This document shows positions 25,501 to 37,380 of a stretch of DNA of 64,000 bases, piece after piece. The translations under genes and the position numbers were made by a program. Every line of letters starts with the position of its first letter. Within the stretch, counting starts at the first letter, position 1. The notes under the pieces were generated by a model, which did not search any database, had not been told where the DNA came from, and saw only the letters and a list, made by a program, of their open reading frames with translations. The DNA is from Elsinoe ampelina (Eukaryota), in contig ML992501.1 in NCBI GenBank assembly GCA_010093995.1, positions 2,359,320-2,423,319 of the forward strand, read 5' to 3'.

Positions 25501-26664
25501 CGGGGTCTTTCGACCATCGAAGAGCTCGAGATTGATGCCGAAATGCTCGTGATGGGTGATCCTGTCAGACTTCACCAGGTCTTCATGAATCTCCTCAGCA
25601 ATGCTTACAAGTTCACGGCCAAGGGCAAAGTCACAGTCCGGGCCATACTCGAATACGAGGACGAGCACTCGATTCAGGTCCAATGCTCCGTCACCGACAC
25701 TGGTATCGGCATCTCCGAGGAACAAAAGAAGAAGCTCTTCCTACCTTTCTCGCAAGCAGATTCGTCCACCGCTCGCAGCTACGGCGGCACCGGTCTCGGT
25801 CTGTCCATTTGCAAGAGCATCATCGAGATCTGCGGCGGTCGCATCTGGCTTTCGTCAGAGGTTGGAGTGGGCACGACTGTGGCCTTTACTCTTCCCTTCA
25901 AGAAGGCCAGCGAGGCTGCAGGCGGTCAGGGTGCTGGCCATGCTGGTAGGTCTGCCGACCCGATGAGCATCTACCGCGTTTCCACAGACGAGGAAATTGC
26001 TGCTGGTAGTCTCGACCATATCGATCTGGCCTCGATTCCCAAGGAGAAGCTCAAGATCTGCATCGCTGAAGACAACCCCATCAACCAAAAGATCGCCATT
26101 TCCTTTGTGCAGAAGCTCGGCTTCAAGTGTTCGGCCTTTGCCGACGGCCAGCAAGCCGTCAATGCTCTCGAGGCGGCTGCCGAAGCGGATGACCCCTACC
26201 ACCTCGTGCTCATGGACTGCCAAATGCCAGTGCTGGATGGGTACAACGCCACACGTGAGATACGAAAACACAAGGACCCACGCGTCAGAAAGGTTCTGGT
26301 CATCGCCATGACTGCCAGTGCCATCCGAGGTGATAGGGAGAAGTGTCTCGAGGCAGGCATGAACAATTATCTGGCCAAGCCGGTCAGGGCGAATGTCCTT
26401 AAGCAGATGTTAGAAGGCTATCTCAACCGAGAAGCGAGCGAGGTCGGGGACCTACAAGGTTTGGCGGATGGAGTAGCGAGAGAGGTAATGGGCGTCAACC
26501 AGGGAGAGACGACGGAGCTGGGTGGGCAGAAGGAGAAGGCGCAGAAGGATAGGGTTGGGGAAGTGTCTCAGACGGATGGCGAGAAGGCTCCACCTCAAGT
26601 CGATACCGACAAGACCGCTTCGAAGAAGAAGAAGGACCTGCCGGTGGGAATAAAGAAGAAGTAG
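19588..26664 (+). CDS. Group X hybrid histidine kinase (Ser/Thr-kinase-like + AAA + GAF + HisKA/HATPase + REC), Chk1/Mak2-like
   Basis: First exon 19588-19707, intron 19708-19755, in-frame intron 20110-20160. Motifs HGDLR, APEQTGR, GSAGLGKS, LDDLQFAD, SHELRTPLNG, NLLSNAYKFT, GGTGLGL, AEDN, MDCQMP. Confidence 0.95.
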
Positions 26665-28192
26665 AAGAGGCGTTGGCATGGATATGGAGGACTTGTACAA
26701 TAGGTACTGGACTGGCGGAGGCTGTCAGTACGCATTTACACGACATGGTGAGCGCGCAAAGGGAGGTTCTGGGAGGACGTGGTTTGTGATACCCCAGTGG
26801 TGTTCTGGATGTAGATTAGGCGCGGATTGGGACGCGATGAGATTATGAAATGAAACCTCCTTATCAGAGACTGGTGTGATGGCTTAAAGTATCCATGGAC
26901 ATTGACCTCTGCGCGTGAATATCAATGGAGGGAGGTGGTCGTGGTCACGTCGAGCCAAGAAATATACGAGTACAGTAAAACTGCTTATGAAATGGACAGA
27001 TTTTAAGCTCTTTCTGTTTTACTATGAGGCAGGCTAAAACTCGGCGAGCGCGAGTAGTGGAGACTCGAGGAAATCTAGAAATTCCCTCGGCCGAGCTGAA
27101 GCCCGCGACGCCCGCACTCCACTTGTGCTTCACCTTCTCCGCGCCCAGTCTAGAGTGCATTGGCAGACAGCCCGCAGAGTGCAGACTAGAGGCAGAGGCT
27201 TGCTGACACGGACCTGACATGATCCGAGCTGCCTGGAGGCTGACACCTGCAGAAAGAGGAGAAGAACATGGCTTGCAGTGCCGATGTCGCACGAACACCC
27301 GATTACTGACAGTCATCCCCACTGATCACAGCCCAGGCACATGGCTAGCCTTGCCAGGCGTGAGGGGGGCGCTCTTGGTACGGAGACAGGCCAAGGGACG
27401 ATCAGGTCGGAACCGCAATTCCCTGCTTCTCCGCCTGACGGACGGTGTCGAATCTGCCTCGACGCGAACCTTCGAAGCTCGTCAAGCTCCTGGGACCTCG
27501 CATAAACCCGCTCTAGGGCTGGTAGGATTCACGTCGATCATGGTTGTTCACAAACATTATTCCGACGACAGCTGTAGCCCGACGACAAGCATGCGACGGG
27601 GTGCGTGACCACCTTTGTACCCCCTCAACATGTCCTCGTACCACGCCGCACCGCCTCCACCTCCCCTCGCACGACTCAAGCCCAAGCCACGGACACTTCT
27701 CTTCCGGGCCTAGTCCCTGTTTCCCTCGATAGATTAAACCACAATTATTCCCAGCCCACGACCTCGCGTACAGCCAGCCAGCCAGCCAGCGCCAGCCAGG
27801 TAAGCGTGTGATCTGTGATGGCCGTCTTCCCTGACGGGTTCCACAGACCGTGCATCCGCGCCAATTCGGTTAGCAAGCCACCAGTTTCATGAATATGGAG
27901 AAGCCACGGCAGTCCACAGTAGAACCTGATTGATGGCAATACGCCGCAGACACGCCTCTCGAAGCAGCGTCTGACAAAAGCCACCAATCTTCCGCATGGC
28001 CATGTGGTTGGATGGTTCCCCTGCAGAGTGCAACCCATACTACCTCTCTCCCCTCTTTTTGTCTTTTTTACTCGATATTAACATTGCCGCTCCGTCTGCA
28101 AGCCCTCTTTTTTGACAGCCTTCGATTGCCCTGCCTGTTCTTCTCGAAATTGACGGTTGCTGCGAACCGGCGTCCTGGATCAATATGTGAGG

Positions 28193-29378
28193 ATGCTCTC
28201 GCCGCGGAACCACGACAAGAACAATCCGCATGGCTATGTCAACCCGGAGGTGCCGTTGAATCTTGGGATATGGTTTTTGTATGCTGGGGCGACTGCTTTT
28301 TTGGCATTGCGGGTGTGGATCAAGGTCACGAGACGGCATGGGTTGTGGTGGGATGATTGGATATTGCTGGTTACCTGGGTATGCTCCTTCGGAATGATCG
28401 AAGGGGATGGCCAGGGCTGATACTTGCACAGGTTATTCTTACGATCAACGACAGCCTTATATCACTCGAGTACGCCACTGGCTATGTGGTCGACAAATGG
28501 GACGACCGCATGCAGATTCTCATCAATGTCACTTCCTGTGGCACTCTCATAGGACAGGCCCTCAGTAAGACAGCATTCGCCATGACGTTGATGAAACTCA
28601 CAAAAGGCTGGCCGCAATGGATCCTCTGGTTCTGTATCATCACCATGAATCTTTACATGATCATCAAGTGCTTTTTCCAGTGGGCCAAGATCACCGATAG
28701 ACCAAGCTACGACGTCTGGTACCGTCTTAACATCTGGCTGAGCTGGTCCTTTCGCGAGAACTTTAAAGAAGGCGGCAATGGTAAGGCAATTTTCAAAGAC
28801 CAATATCCCGAACATACTAACAACACCACCCAGTCTACAACATCATCATGGACTTTGTCATGGCCACCTTCCCCTGGTTCATCACTTGGAAACTCAACAT
28901 GCGCAAGGTCGAAAAAATAGGCCTCTGCCTCACCATGAGCCTCGGCATGATCGTCGCCATCATCGCCGCCATCCGCACAGGCTGGAAAGACGGCGGCAAC
29001 CCCAAGGACTCGCTCTACTTCTGGCGCAACGCCCACTCCAACATCTGGTACTCGTCCGAAATCGTAGGCACCATCATCGTCCAATGCATCCCCGTGCTCC
29101 GACCACTCATCCGCGACATCCACACGTCGCTGACGTCGAAACGCATCGCGTCGCACGCCAACGACACGGCGAGGAGGAGCAAGATGCCCGCTGGGTATTT
29201 GAACAGTAACAACCATCACAACGCGAGGATCTATTCGGATGCGATGGAGAACACGATTATTAACGATGATTCGTTGCCGGATTCGTGGGATAGTCAGGGG
29301 ATCTACACGACAAAGGAGATTGAGTTGACGACTGTCGAGGTCAAGGAGATGAAGAGAGATCCGCAGTCGATGGTTTAG
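28193..29378 (+). CDS. Pth11-like (fungal rhodopsin-domain) integral membrane protein
   Basis: LRVWIK..GLWWDDW, SKTAFAMTL, DFVMATFPW, EKIGL..MSLG, IIVQCIPVLRP. Two introns. Confidence 0.87.
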
Positions 29379-30047
29379 GTAGGCGAGAAATGAACTTCGT
29401 TTATCTATGAACTCCTTCAGGACCCATTGATGCTGTAGCGTTCGTGAGGGAATGATGTAGCAGTGAGATGGCTGAGGATTCTTGGGCTGGAGTAGAGGAT
29501 AGCCGACCGTCATTTCAGGATCACGATTCGCATCTGGCCTCTCTCTACATTACGCATTCCAGCCAATCGTAGCACGTAGCAAGTCTCAGCCTGTCACTCA
29601 ATACCGACCATGCTCGGCATCACCGATAGTCAACGCACCGCTCACGCATGCTTAGCACAGATCAAATGGTACACCAACAAGACCAACGACGAGCTCGATA
29701 CCTCACTACCGGACATTAAGTCTGCAATCTCTCAGTCCAGCCAGAACATCTCACATGGCCACTTGGGAGTGTTTTCTGCGATCCTACTAGGCTCCAATAC
29801 ACTGCCAGACCTTCCCCGAGGCACACTCTGCGCAACTCCACATGACGACCTTCAGCGCCCCTTCCCGTCCGGCTCGCACGATGCAAAACGAAGAACCAGT
29901 CCGATGTTGGGAGAATGGACGAATTTGCCAGAAAGATACAGCCAGGTAGACATACTCTGCTATTTCAGATCTACGAACGAAATGTATCTAGCATCCCTGT
30001 CATGCGAGATATGGTTCGGACCTCTCTGGAGATGCATGCCTTTCCAC

Positions 30048-30961
30048 TTAATTCGAAGATTCGAGCGGCAAGGCCATGCCAATCAAGAAACCTGGGTCGT
30101 CGATGTCGTGCTCTTGGTAACTGCATGGCTTAAGCTGATTCGCTTCTTGAGGCTCGTGGATACGTACCTGAGGACTCCAATTGCACCTGGGGGCAACATC
30201 ATAGGCACGCGATCCGGCATTGGGTATTTGAGAAATCGCTTTGCAAATGCTCTCAGGATGTGACCATGAGCGACCTGAATGGCGTTATATCAGCGCCGTC
30301 TCTGATGCACCTACATGAATGCGCTTCTGTCATGCTCACCACAACCACATCAACTGGTTTCTCGCCATGCATGTATGCACGTTGAATGTCTTGAATTTTG
30401 CGGACCAACCCGTCCAGGCGGTCGGTAGCTTGTTCAGCAGATCTGATGCAATTAGCCCGAAGTTGAAAGACGTCCACATTGTTGCCCATACTCGCCACCT
30501 TCGCATCCATCTCTCCAGATATTCCATGGTCGCTCATTGTCAAGGCCCTGTCCCTTCCTCCGGGTGCGAATCTCGTGGTCGAAAAGACCTTCATACGCCC
30601 GATGATTCCACTCGCCGATCTCCTCCGTCACCGAGACTCTCTCATCCTTCTCAGATATCGAGTCGCCAAATAGCAACTGGAAGGTCTGTCGAGCTCTCTT
30701 CCTGGGACTCACGAAGAACTTCGCTACACGACTCGGGTCGATCAATTTCCCGCTACCAACAAGAAGCCTGCCTGTCCCGAGCACCTGCTTCTCGCCATTC
30801 TGCGTGAGCTCCAACTCAGTGATGCCCGTATAGCGTCCATTGATGGTCCATTCAGTCTCGCCTGAGTGGAGTCATCAAAGCGGCTCTGCACAAATGCAAA
30901 GGTTGCACATACCATGGCGGGCCAGGAAAACGCGAGGCGTGCTTGCATCGCCGTCAGACAT
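30048..30961 (-). CDS. SHB17: Histidine-phosphatase-family sedoheptulose-1,7-bisphosphatase (Shb17-like)
   Basis: Manually spliced over 4 introns: MSDGDASTPRVFLARHG|ETEWTINGRYTGITELELT...SPRKRARQT...EW...YEGL...WNIWRDGCEGGE|SAEQ..RLD...|VAHGHILRAFAKR...LS|YQEHDIDDPGF. Fragmented in the ORF track. Confidence 0.9.
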
Positions 30962-31228
30962 TGCAGAGGTCCAGGAGGTCCTTCAAAACCCAAAGCTTGA
31001 CGGGCAGATATATGTGACAGACACAGACAACGAAACAGGTTTGGCGCTTGCCATTCTTTGCAGGCGGGGTCGCAACGTGACTGCCTCACCTCCACGCATG
31101 CACTACATGCACGTTCAGCCCCGCCACGGCGCTAACCTTAGCCCACGGCACGGACGACCAGCTGTGGGATCGCATATATAGTGAACAGTCGTTGCTCCGC
31201 GATAGAACTCACAGCGATATCTTTCAGC
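30962..31228. promoter_or_regulatory. Probable bidirectional promoter between SHB17-like and SBPase-like genes
   Basis: 267 bp between divergent ATGs; TATA-like tracts near 31008-31012 and 31175-31180. Confidence 0.55.
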
Positions 31229-32239
31229 ATGTCCGAGGCTGCGTTACCCCAGCTCATCGCCCACCTGAGCTCACTGATGCCAGGGGACGACAGACGATCA
31301 CTCATCCAGGACGTAATTCCGACTCTGATACTGTCGATCTATCAGATAGCGAAGAAGCTACAAACCTCCCACCATGTCTCCCAAGTCGGCACCGCGAATG
31401 CATTTGGAGACGACCAATTGAACGTCGATGTCATAGCAGAGCAGACCATCCGTCGAGACATCGAGAAAGTGGCATCAATTTCGACAGCAAGCAGTGAAGA
31501 GGATCCCATCGAGAAGCCAGCCCGCGAGGGTAGGACAGACCATTGCGGCGAGGAAACATACACGCTGGCTTTCGATCCGCTCGACGGCTCGTCCATCATC
31601 GCACCAAACTGGTCCGTTGGTACCATCATTGGGATCTGGGACGGCGATTCTGCACTACGATCATCCCCTGAGAGGCATCTGATTGCTTCAATTCTGGGAA
31701 TCTACGGTCCACGCACCACAGCGATCGTTGCGCTTCGCCTCCCTCAGCTTTCGGGTCCAGCCTGCTTTGAGATAGGGCTCGGAAGCGACGCCACGGGCAA
31801 TACAACATGTGAGATAATACGGCCATCCATCGAGCTGAGCTCGCCACCGTACAAGACCAGGTACTTTGCCCCTGCGAATCTGAGGGCTGCAGCAGAAGAT
31901 ACAGCATATATGGACCTAGTCACGAACTTCATCACAGCCAAATACACCCTTAGATACAGCGGGGGACTCGTGCCGGATGTGGCGCACGCCCTCACAAAAG
32001 GCCACGGGCTGTACGTATCGCCTGTGACAGAGAAAAGCAAAGCGAAGCTCCGAAAGCTGTACGAGCTTTCCCCCGTCGCGTTGATCATCGAGGCTGCGGG
32101 TGGGCTGGCATTGGATGCAGGCACCGGCAGGAGGATCCTGGATCAGGAGATCAACGATTGTGATGAGCGTGCGGGTATCATCTGCGGAAACAGAGACGAG
32201 GTCGAAGATGTTGCGAAGGCTTTCGGCATGGCTCGATGA
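31229..32239 (+). CDS. FBPase-fold (class I) sedoheptulose-1,7-bisphosphatase-like protein
   Basis: FGDDQLNVD, SSEE, FDPLDGSS, FAPANLRA, YTLRYSGGLVPDV, AKLRKLYE. These signatures resemble SBPase more than cytosolic FBP1. Confidence 0.88.
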   Translation: MSEAALPQLIAHLSSLMPGDDRRSLIQDVIPTLILSIYQIAKKLQTSHHVSQVGTANAFGDDQLNVDVIAEQTIRRDIEKVASISTASSEEDPIEKPAREGRTDHCGEETYTLAFDPLDGSSIIAPNWSVGTIIGIWDGDSALRSSPERHLIASILGIYGPRTTAIVALRLPQLSGPACFEIGLGSDATGNTTCEIIRPSIELSSPPYKTRYFAPANLRAAAEDTAYMDLVTNFITAKYTLRYSGGLVPDVAHALTKGHGLYVSPVTEKSKAKLRKLYELSPVALIIEAAGGLALDAGTGRRILDQEINDCDERAGIICGNRDEVEDVAKAFGMAR

Positions 32240-32937
32240 GTCTGGAGACAGTGATCCGACTTTCTTCAGTGTTCGTCACCCGACTTCGCCTCCTTGCAGC
32301 AATGCGTAGACCACCTCCGCTAGCGTTGAGATTAGCGAGGAGTAGCAATCGGCAAAGGCTGCGAGCAAAGGCCATTGCATGCGAGTAGTACTATTTCTGC
32401 GAGCCGAACGGTCTCCTTTCTAGACCAATGACACTACCTTCCAGATCCACTCTCGCAGCACTCCTCCTCGAACATTCACAGATCCTCGTCAAACGGATCA
32501 ACCATCGTATAAGTTCAAATGCAATCAATCCACCGTACTCACTCCCCTTTACTTCCGTGTCCGCCTCTCGCGAGTCACGTGTCCAGTAGATCCACCGCAG
32601 CAGCCTTTCCCTCCTACGCCGGCCTCGAGTGCTCCGGTGAGGACGCTGAGGCGAGACGCTGTAGGTAGACCCGTGGGTCTCACGTCAAGGGTACAAAGCA
32701 CCGTCAAGCCGGTCTGCTCTCAGCTCGAAAGGAGGTGGCGGGGAAGGCTAGCAGAGAGATTGCAAGGAAGAAACCCACCGGGAGACATGCTGCAGAATTG
32801 TCTCGACGTTGGTCTAGTAAGTCTTGACTACATGCATCAGTGAAGTGTATATCTCGACCTTCCACTCGTGCAGTTGCGCCACGCGGGCATCCACATCAAA
32901 GACACAGCACTGCATCGTCTTGCACCTCCCAGACTAT

Positions 32938-33576
32938 TCACTTGGACACGACCCAGCCAAGCTTCTGTGCGGCTCGCGCGATGTCAGGGTGCAATGCACC
33001 CCCATGAACTCTGGCTACTATGGTCCCCAAAGAGGAAATAGTCCGTACTGCATTATCCAACTCCGCCAGCACGTCATGTGCATTTTCTGATCCCGACGTG
33101 AGTGTGTCCTCTAGATTCCTCTTGCTGACAGCGTTTAGTCCGAACTCGAGAGTCGTGAGGCCGTCACAGTGCTGACGGATGAGCTCTACACGCTGTAGGC
33201 TGTCGTGATGTATCTCGAACTTACCAGCTTGACGCTGGAAGAGGGGGAAATCGAGGCATAGCCAATTCAAAGCCGCCGAGTTGGTGGGTCCGATGCGGTC
33301 GAGGAAGAGGCGCAGGAGACTAGTCTGCTCCTCTGCTTGGTCGAGTAGTGCAAAGGCATTGGATGCATACAGGACTGCGCTGGACTCGCGACTGAGCTGT
33401 CTATTGGTGTAGAGTAGTGCGGTCCATTGTCTAGGCTTTGCAGGTGCAAAGACTTCGATGCGGCTTGGATGGTCCCGGAAGAGGTATAACGGCTGTGCAA
33501 CCGCGAGGACGTAAGTCAAGATGGCCTCCCTGACATGAAGCGGAAGCGAAAGGAGACTCGGAGCATCGTCGCTCAT
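32938..33576 (-). CDS. Hypothetical protein with F-box-like N-terminus
   Basis: MSDDAPSLLSLPLHVREAILTYVL...LLYTNRQLSRESSAVLYASNAF, a pattern common in fungal F-box-like/DUF proteins. Confidence 0.75.
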   Translation of the reverse strand: MSDDAPSLLSLPLHVREAILTYVLAVAQPLYLFRDHPSRIEVFAPAKPRQWTALLYTNRQLSRESSAVLYASNAFALLDQAEEQTSLLRLFLDRIGPTNSAALNWLCLDFPLFQRQAGKFEIHHDSLQRVELIRQHCDGLTTLEFGLNAVSKRNLEDTLTSGSENAHDVLAELDNAVRTISSLGTIVARVHGGALHPDIARAAQKLGWVVSK

Positions 33577-33990
33577 TGTTCTTGTTGATTCAGCTGAACG
33601 TTGGCGAAGGTTTCGTGTCTGAGGGGTACGCCCGCGAGCCAACTTCAAGTGTGATTAGTCAGCGCTGTAGGCCTCACCTTTCTGGCTGACTGCCTGACGA
33701 GGAATGTAGCTCGCTACTGTTCCAAAAGCTATGCCTGCGAAAGGCTCGCAGAAGCCTGCACTCAGCGGTCCCTTCTGCGCGGGCGCTAGCCAATTGAGTG
33801 TCATTATACACCATGCAGGCAGTGTCGAGCGGCGCGTCCTCCAAAAGTGTCATTGGCCGCCGCACGCCCGCCCCGCCTGAGCGGCGCAGCCGTGGGAGAT
33901 ATGGAGTGAACTACTTCCGGTATATTAGGTCAGCCTGTGCTCACGGACTTTCACAGGCTTCCACCGACACTCTGTAAGCGCCTTTCAGCC

Positions 33991-36900
33991 ATGCCTAGAA
34001 AGCTCACATGGCCGTGGTCACGCCTGTCGAAGCGACCCCGTGTGTCCAGCACATTCAAGAACGAAGCCCAGCCCTGCCAGGCATCTGGTGATGCCGTCAG
34101 TCAATCAATTGCAAGCGGATCTCACACCTCGGACGGCTCGACCAAGACCTCGCAACATCAACGGCAACAGCTCCAATCGATCTCGCAGGACTTGGAAGCA
34201 GTGGGGGGCGCGGAATCGGGACAACTGGAGAGTATCAATTGTTCTCAAACTGCCGGGCGTCTTGCCCCAGGCTGTGTTGACGATCATGGTGTCGCAAGCA
34301 CAAATGCCGATCTTCCGAATTCATTGGTCACAGGCGATGTGTGGACCGCCGCCTTTCGTGAGGCTGTCCAAGTATGGGGAGGGCACAATGGCTCTTTGAA
34401 CCCACACCAGCAGACCGCAGAGAGATTGCTGCTGGACTTGGAAGTAACAGGAAAAAAGACTGTAGAAGGGTCGACTTTTCTAAAAGGCATCGAGATACTA
34501 CGGTTGGCTCGGGTACCGCTTGAAAGGATCAAAGCAGCACTGGACCTTGTCTCTCCGCTGACAGGGATGGAACCAACGGCAGGCCTGGTCTTTGGTGTCG
34601 CCAAAAGTGTCACAGCTGTAGGTCGAATGTTCTATGATCTACCTGCACAGCTGATATGTCTTTCAACAAGATAGCGATTGGTCTCGCAAGCGCCGATGTC
34701 CAATTCGCTGCTGCGATCGGAACCATGCTGGATCGGATGACCTACATCGACGAATGCGACACACTCGGGCAGAAAGTTGGCGACGCAGCGATCCACCGGG
34801 TATGTTTCCTTCAACTTGTCAATCACAGCTTCCTGAACTTCCCAGGCATTGGTCAAAGTGTATTGCACTATCTTGGATTTTTGCCACGCGGCTCAAGAAG
34901 TCTTTGCGAGAAACGGTGCAATTCTGTTGCTGGAAGTGCTTACGAGCGAGCGAATACCAGAAAAAGTGGACGACTTCACCAAGAACGCAGAAATGCTACG
35001 CGATGTCGTCCAGAAAGCGACTCTTGAGGTCACGGAGGATATCAAACGCACGCTTTATGATCTTCAGAGTGAGTTGAATTTCGTGACATTCTCATGTACC
35101 CATGCTAACTCACCTATGGTCAGAACATGGCTTGACGTCGGGGCTGTGAGGGACCTGGAAGGGTTCCACAACAATGAATTGCGCGACAGCCGCTCTGACG
35201 AGGCCTGCCGATTAGCAATCAATCATGCCAACTTCGATAAGTGGTCGCAGGGACATGGTCCGAGACTGCTCACATTGTTCGGGGCCATGGGGTCTGGCAA
35301 AACAATGACCATGTCATACCTTGCTGACGAGCTGAGGCAGACCAGCAAATCTCAGATACCGCAACCAAAGGTCATCACTCACTACTGCCAGGATAGCAAA
35401 AGTGGCCACCAAACCTTTGTGCTGTCAGCTTTGATCTTCTCGTTGCTCAAACAGTTGCCAGGCCTAAAGAAGGGCTTCTGTCAATGGTATCTCGAGAGCG
35501 AAAGAACCGGCGGCCCTTATCCTGCGAGCGATAACAGGAGACTGAGGGCTTTCTTGCAGGAGACGCTGGAAAATGTGGATCGACCACTATACATCGTCGT
35601 CGATGGGATGGACGAGTGCGACCCGAGATCACAGGGCGATCTGCTCGAGTGGTTTGTTCGAGTGTCTCAGACATGTTCGAGGGTGAGCATCCTACTTTCC
35701 GCCAGGCCTGAACAACAAATACACCGGAAGCTTGAGGGAACTGGATCCATGGACCTGAAGCCTGACATTGAACGAGATTCTGAGTTGGCTAAACACTTGG
35801 TTAATCAGAATCTTTCTGACCTACCTGAAGATACGCGATCCCTCATGGTCGAGGGAATTCGGCGTTCTGCTGGTGGTAGCGCGATCTGGTTGAGGATGAT
35901 AATCGAGCTCGTTCAGATCCGACAGGTCCATGAAGCAAGCCTTATTCGCCGGCTTTTGACTCAAGTGAGCTTGCCTCGGAGGCTCTCGGATCTGTACGAG
36001 ACTATTGTCGAAAATATGACAAAGGGTGATCCTGAGAACTATCGGGACATATTCACAGCTTTACGCTTCCTTGCCATTGCACGTCGACCGCTGAGTATAC
36101 TGGAATTAGCATGGGCCGTTGCCATGGCTGCATCCCCAGCTCAGGTTGTTTCTGTCGAGGCTTTGTCCGCCGAAGTAGACCCTCAGAGGGTGATACATCT
36201 GATACATCCATTCATCGCCATGATTGAATTTGACGACGTGCGGAAACGGCAAGTCAAATTAGCCCACCAGTCGGTCATGGAATTCCTTCGCGCAAGGGAC
36301 TCCTCGGACGAGCGCACAGCTGCGGGACCGACATTCAATATCTCCCAGCATGGTTCTGTACACCACCAAGCGGATCGCATGCATGACTTGGCTCTTGACA
36401 TCTGCATCCGGTATCTCTCGCTTGCCGAAATAGGCCAACGCGAGTTGTTCACATCCACTCAGATAGCTATCGACGAACTACCACAGGCCACAGACCTATT
36501 CGGTGACCCTGCCGGTCCTGTCGAGTATGACGGCAAATGCACCTGGGAAGAATGGGAAGAGGACATGATTCGCTACGATCCCACCGAACGAGGGTTCGGC
36601 GATCTTTTCGTCTATGCATCCTGCTACTGGCTCGAGCACCTAACACTGAGCAAGTCACCATACGACCTTGCCAATGTGGAAGAGCTCTGCCGGGCCGGAT
36701 CGTTGCGAATGAGCAATTGGATGCAGCAGCATTGCCGCCCTGACTGCGTCATGAAGCCGCGATTCGAGTTCGATAGCACACTTTATGACCCTCTCGGCAT
36801 AGTCGCCCTGTACGGGCCCGACCCAATGTTCCGCACAATGCTTAGCCAACTGCGCCTCGATTCTGATCTTTACCTGGAGGACACTGTGTTGGCCGCCGCT

Positions 36901-37173
36901 GACCAGATCCTGCAGTGGGGCGAGCCGGATCGGCTGGTCCAAATGTTCCATGATGATCGCCTGGGGTTTCAGCTCCAGACCCCGACGTTCATCTACATGG
37001 TCGCAGAGCGATGGTCGGACTCTCGATTTCGCTCCCGCAATTGGGAGCCAATCTTCGATTTGCTATCGACGGATGAAAAAGCGCGAGAGCTCTGGGAAGG
37101 AGTCGAGTCGACACGGTGCGGGGAGTTCGTACAGCGTCTCTTCTATAGATTGATATCTGACGAAGATCAATGA
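33991..37173 (+). CDS. NACHT (STAND NTPase) domain protein, fungal NLR-like
   Basis: N-terminal DVWTAAFREAV helical domain, Walker A GAMGSGKT, Walker B IVVDGMDEC, ARRPLS..EL, HQSV.EFL, YASCYW.EH. Introns near 34618-34670 and 34800-34846. Confidence 0.88.
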
Positions 37174-37380
37174 GTGACTTGGTCACGTCAATGTTCGGTC
37201 AATTCGGCGTTGAGATGTTGAAGTGTCATTTAGCAGCCCCAATCTTTTAGAATGTTTACATGGCGATGAAACTACCAGCAAGCATTGCGTCGCGGGATCG
37301 ACGCAGTCCGGCTCAAAAGACCATTGAATCGTTACCACAGGCCCGTCACCTCTCCTCAGATCGGCATCAAAAAGTACGCT

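Noticed and set aside
29610..30263. 217-aa plus-strand ORF
   Set aside because: Partly antisense to the SHB17 exons, no motifs; likely spurious.
33991..34330. Amyloid signalling motif at the NACHT N-terminus
   Set aside because: Ser/Gln-rich but no HET-s, sigma or PP-type pattern, and no adjacent HeLo-type effector.
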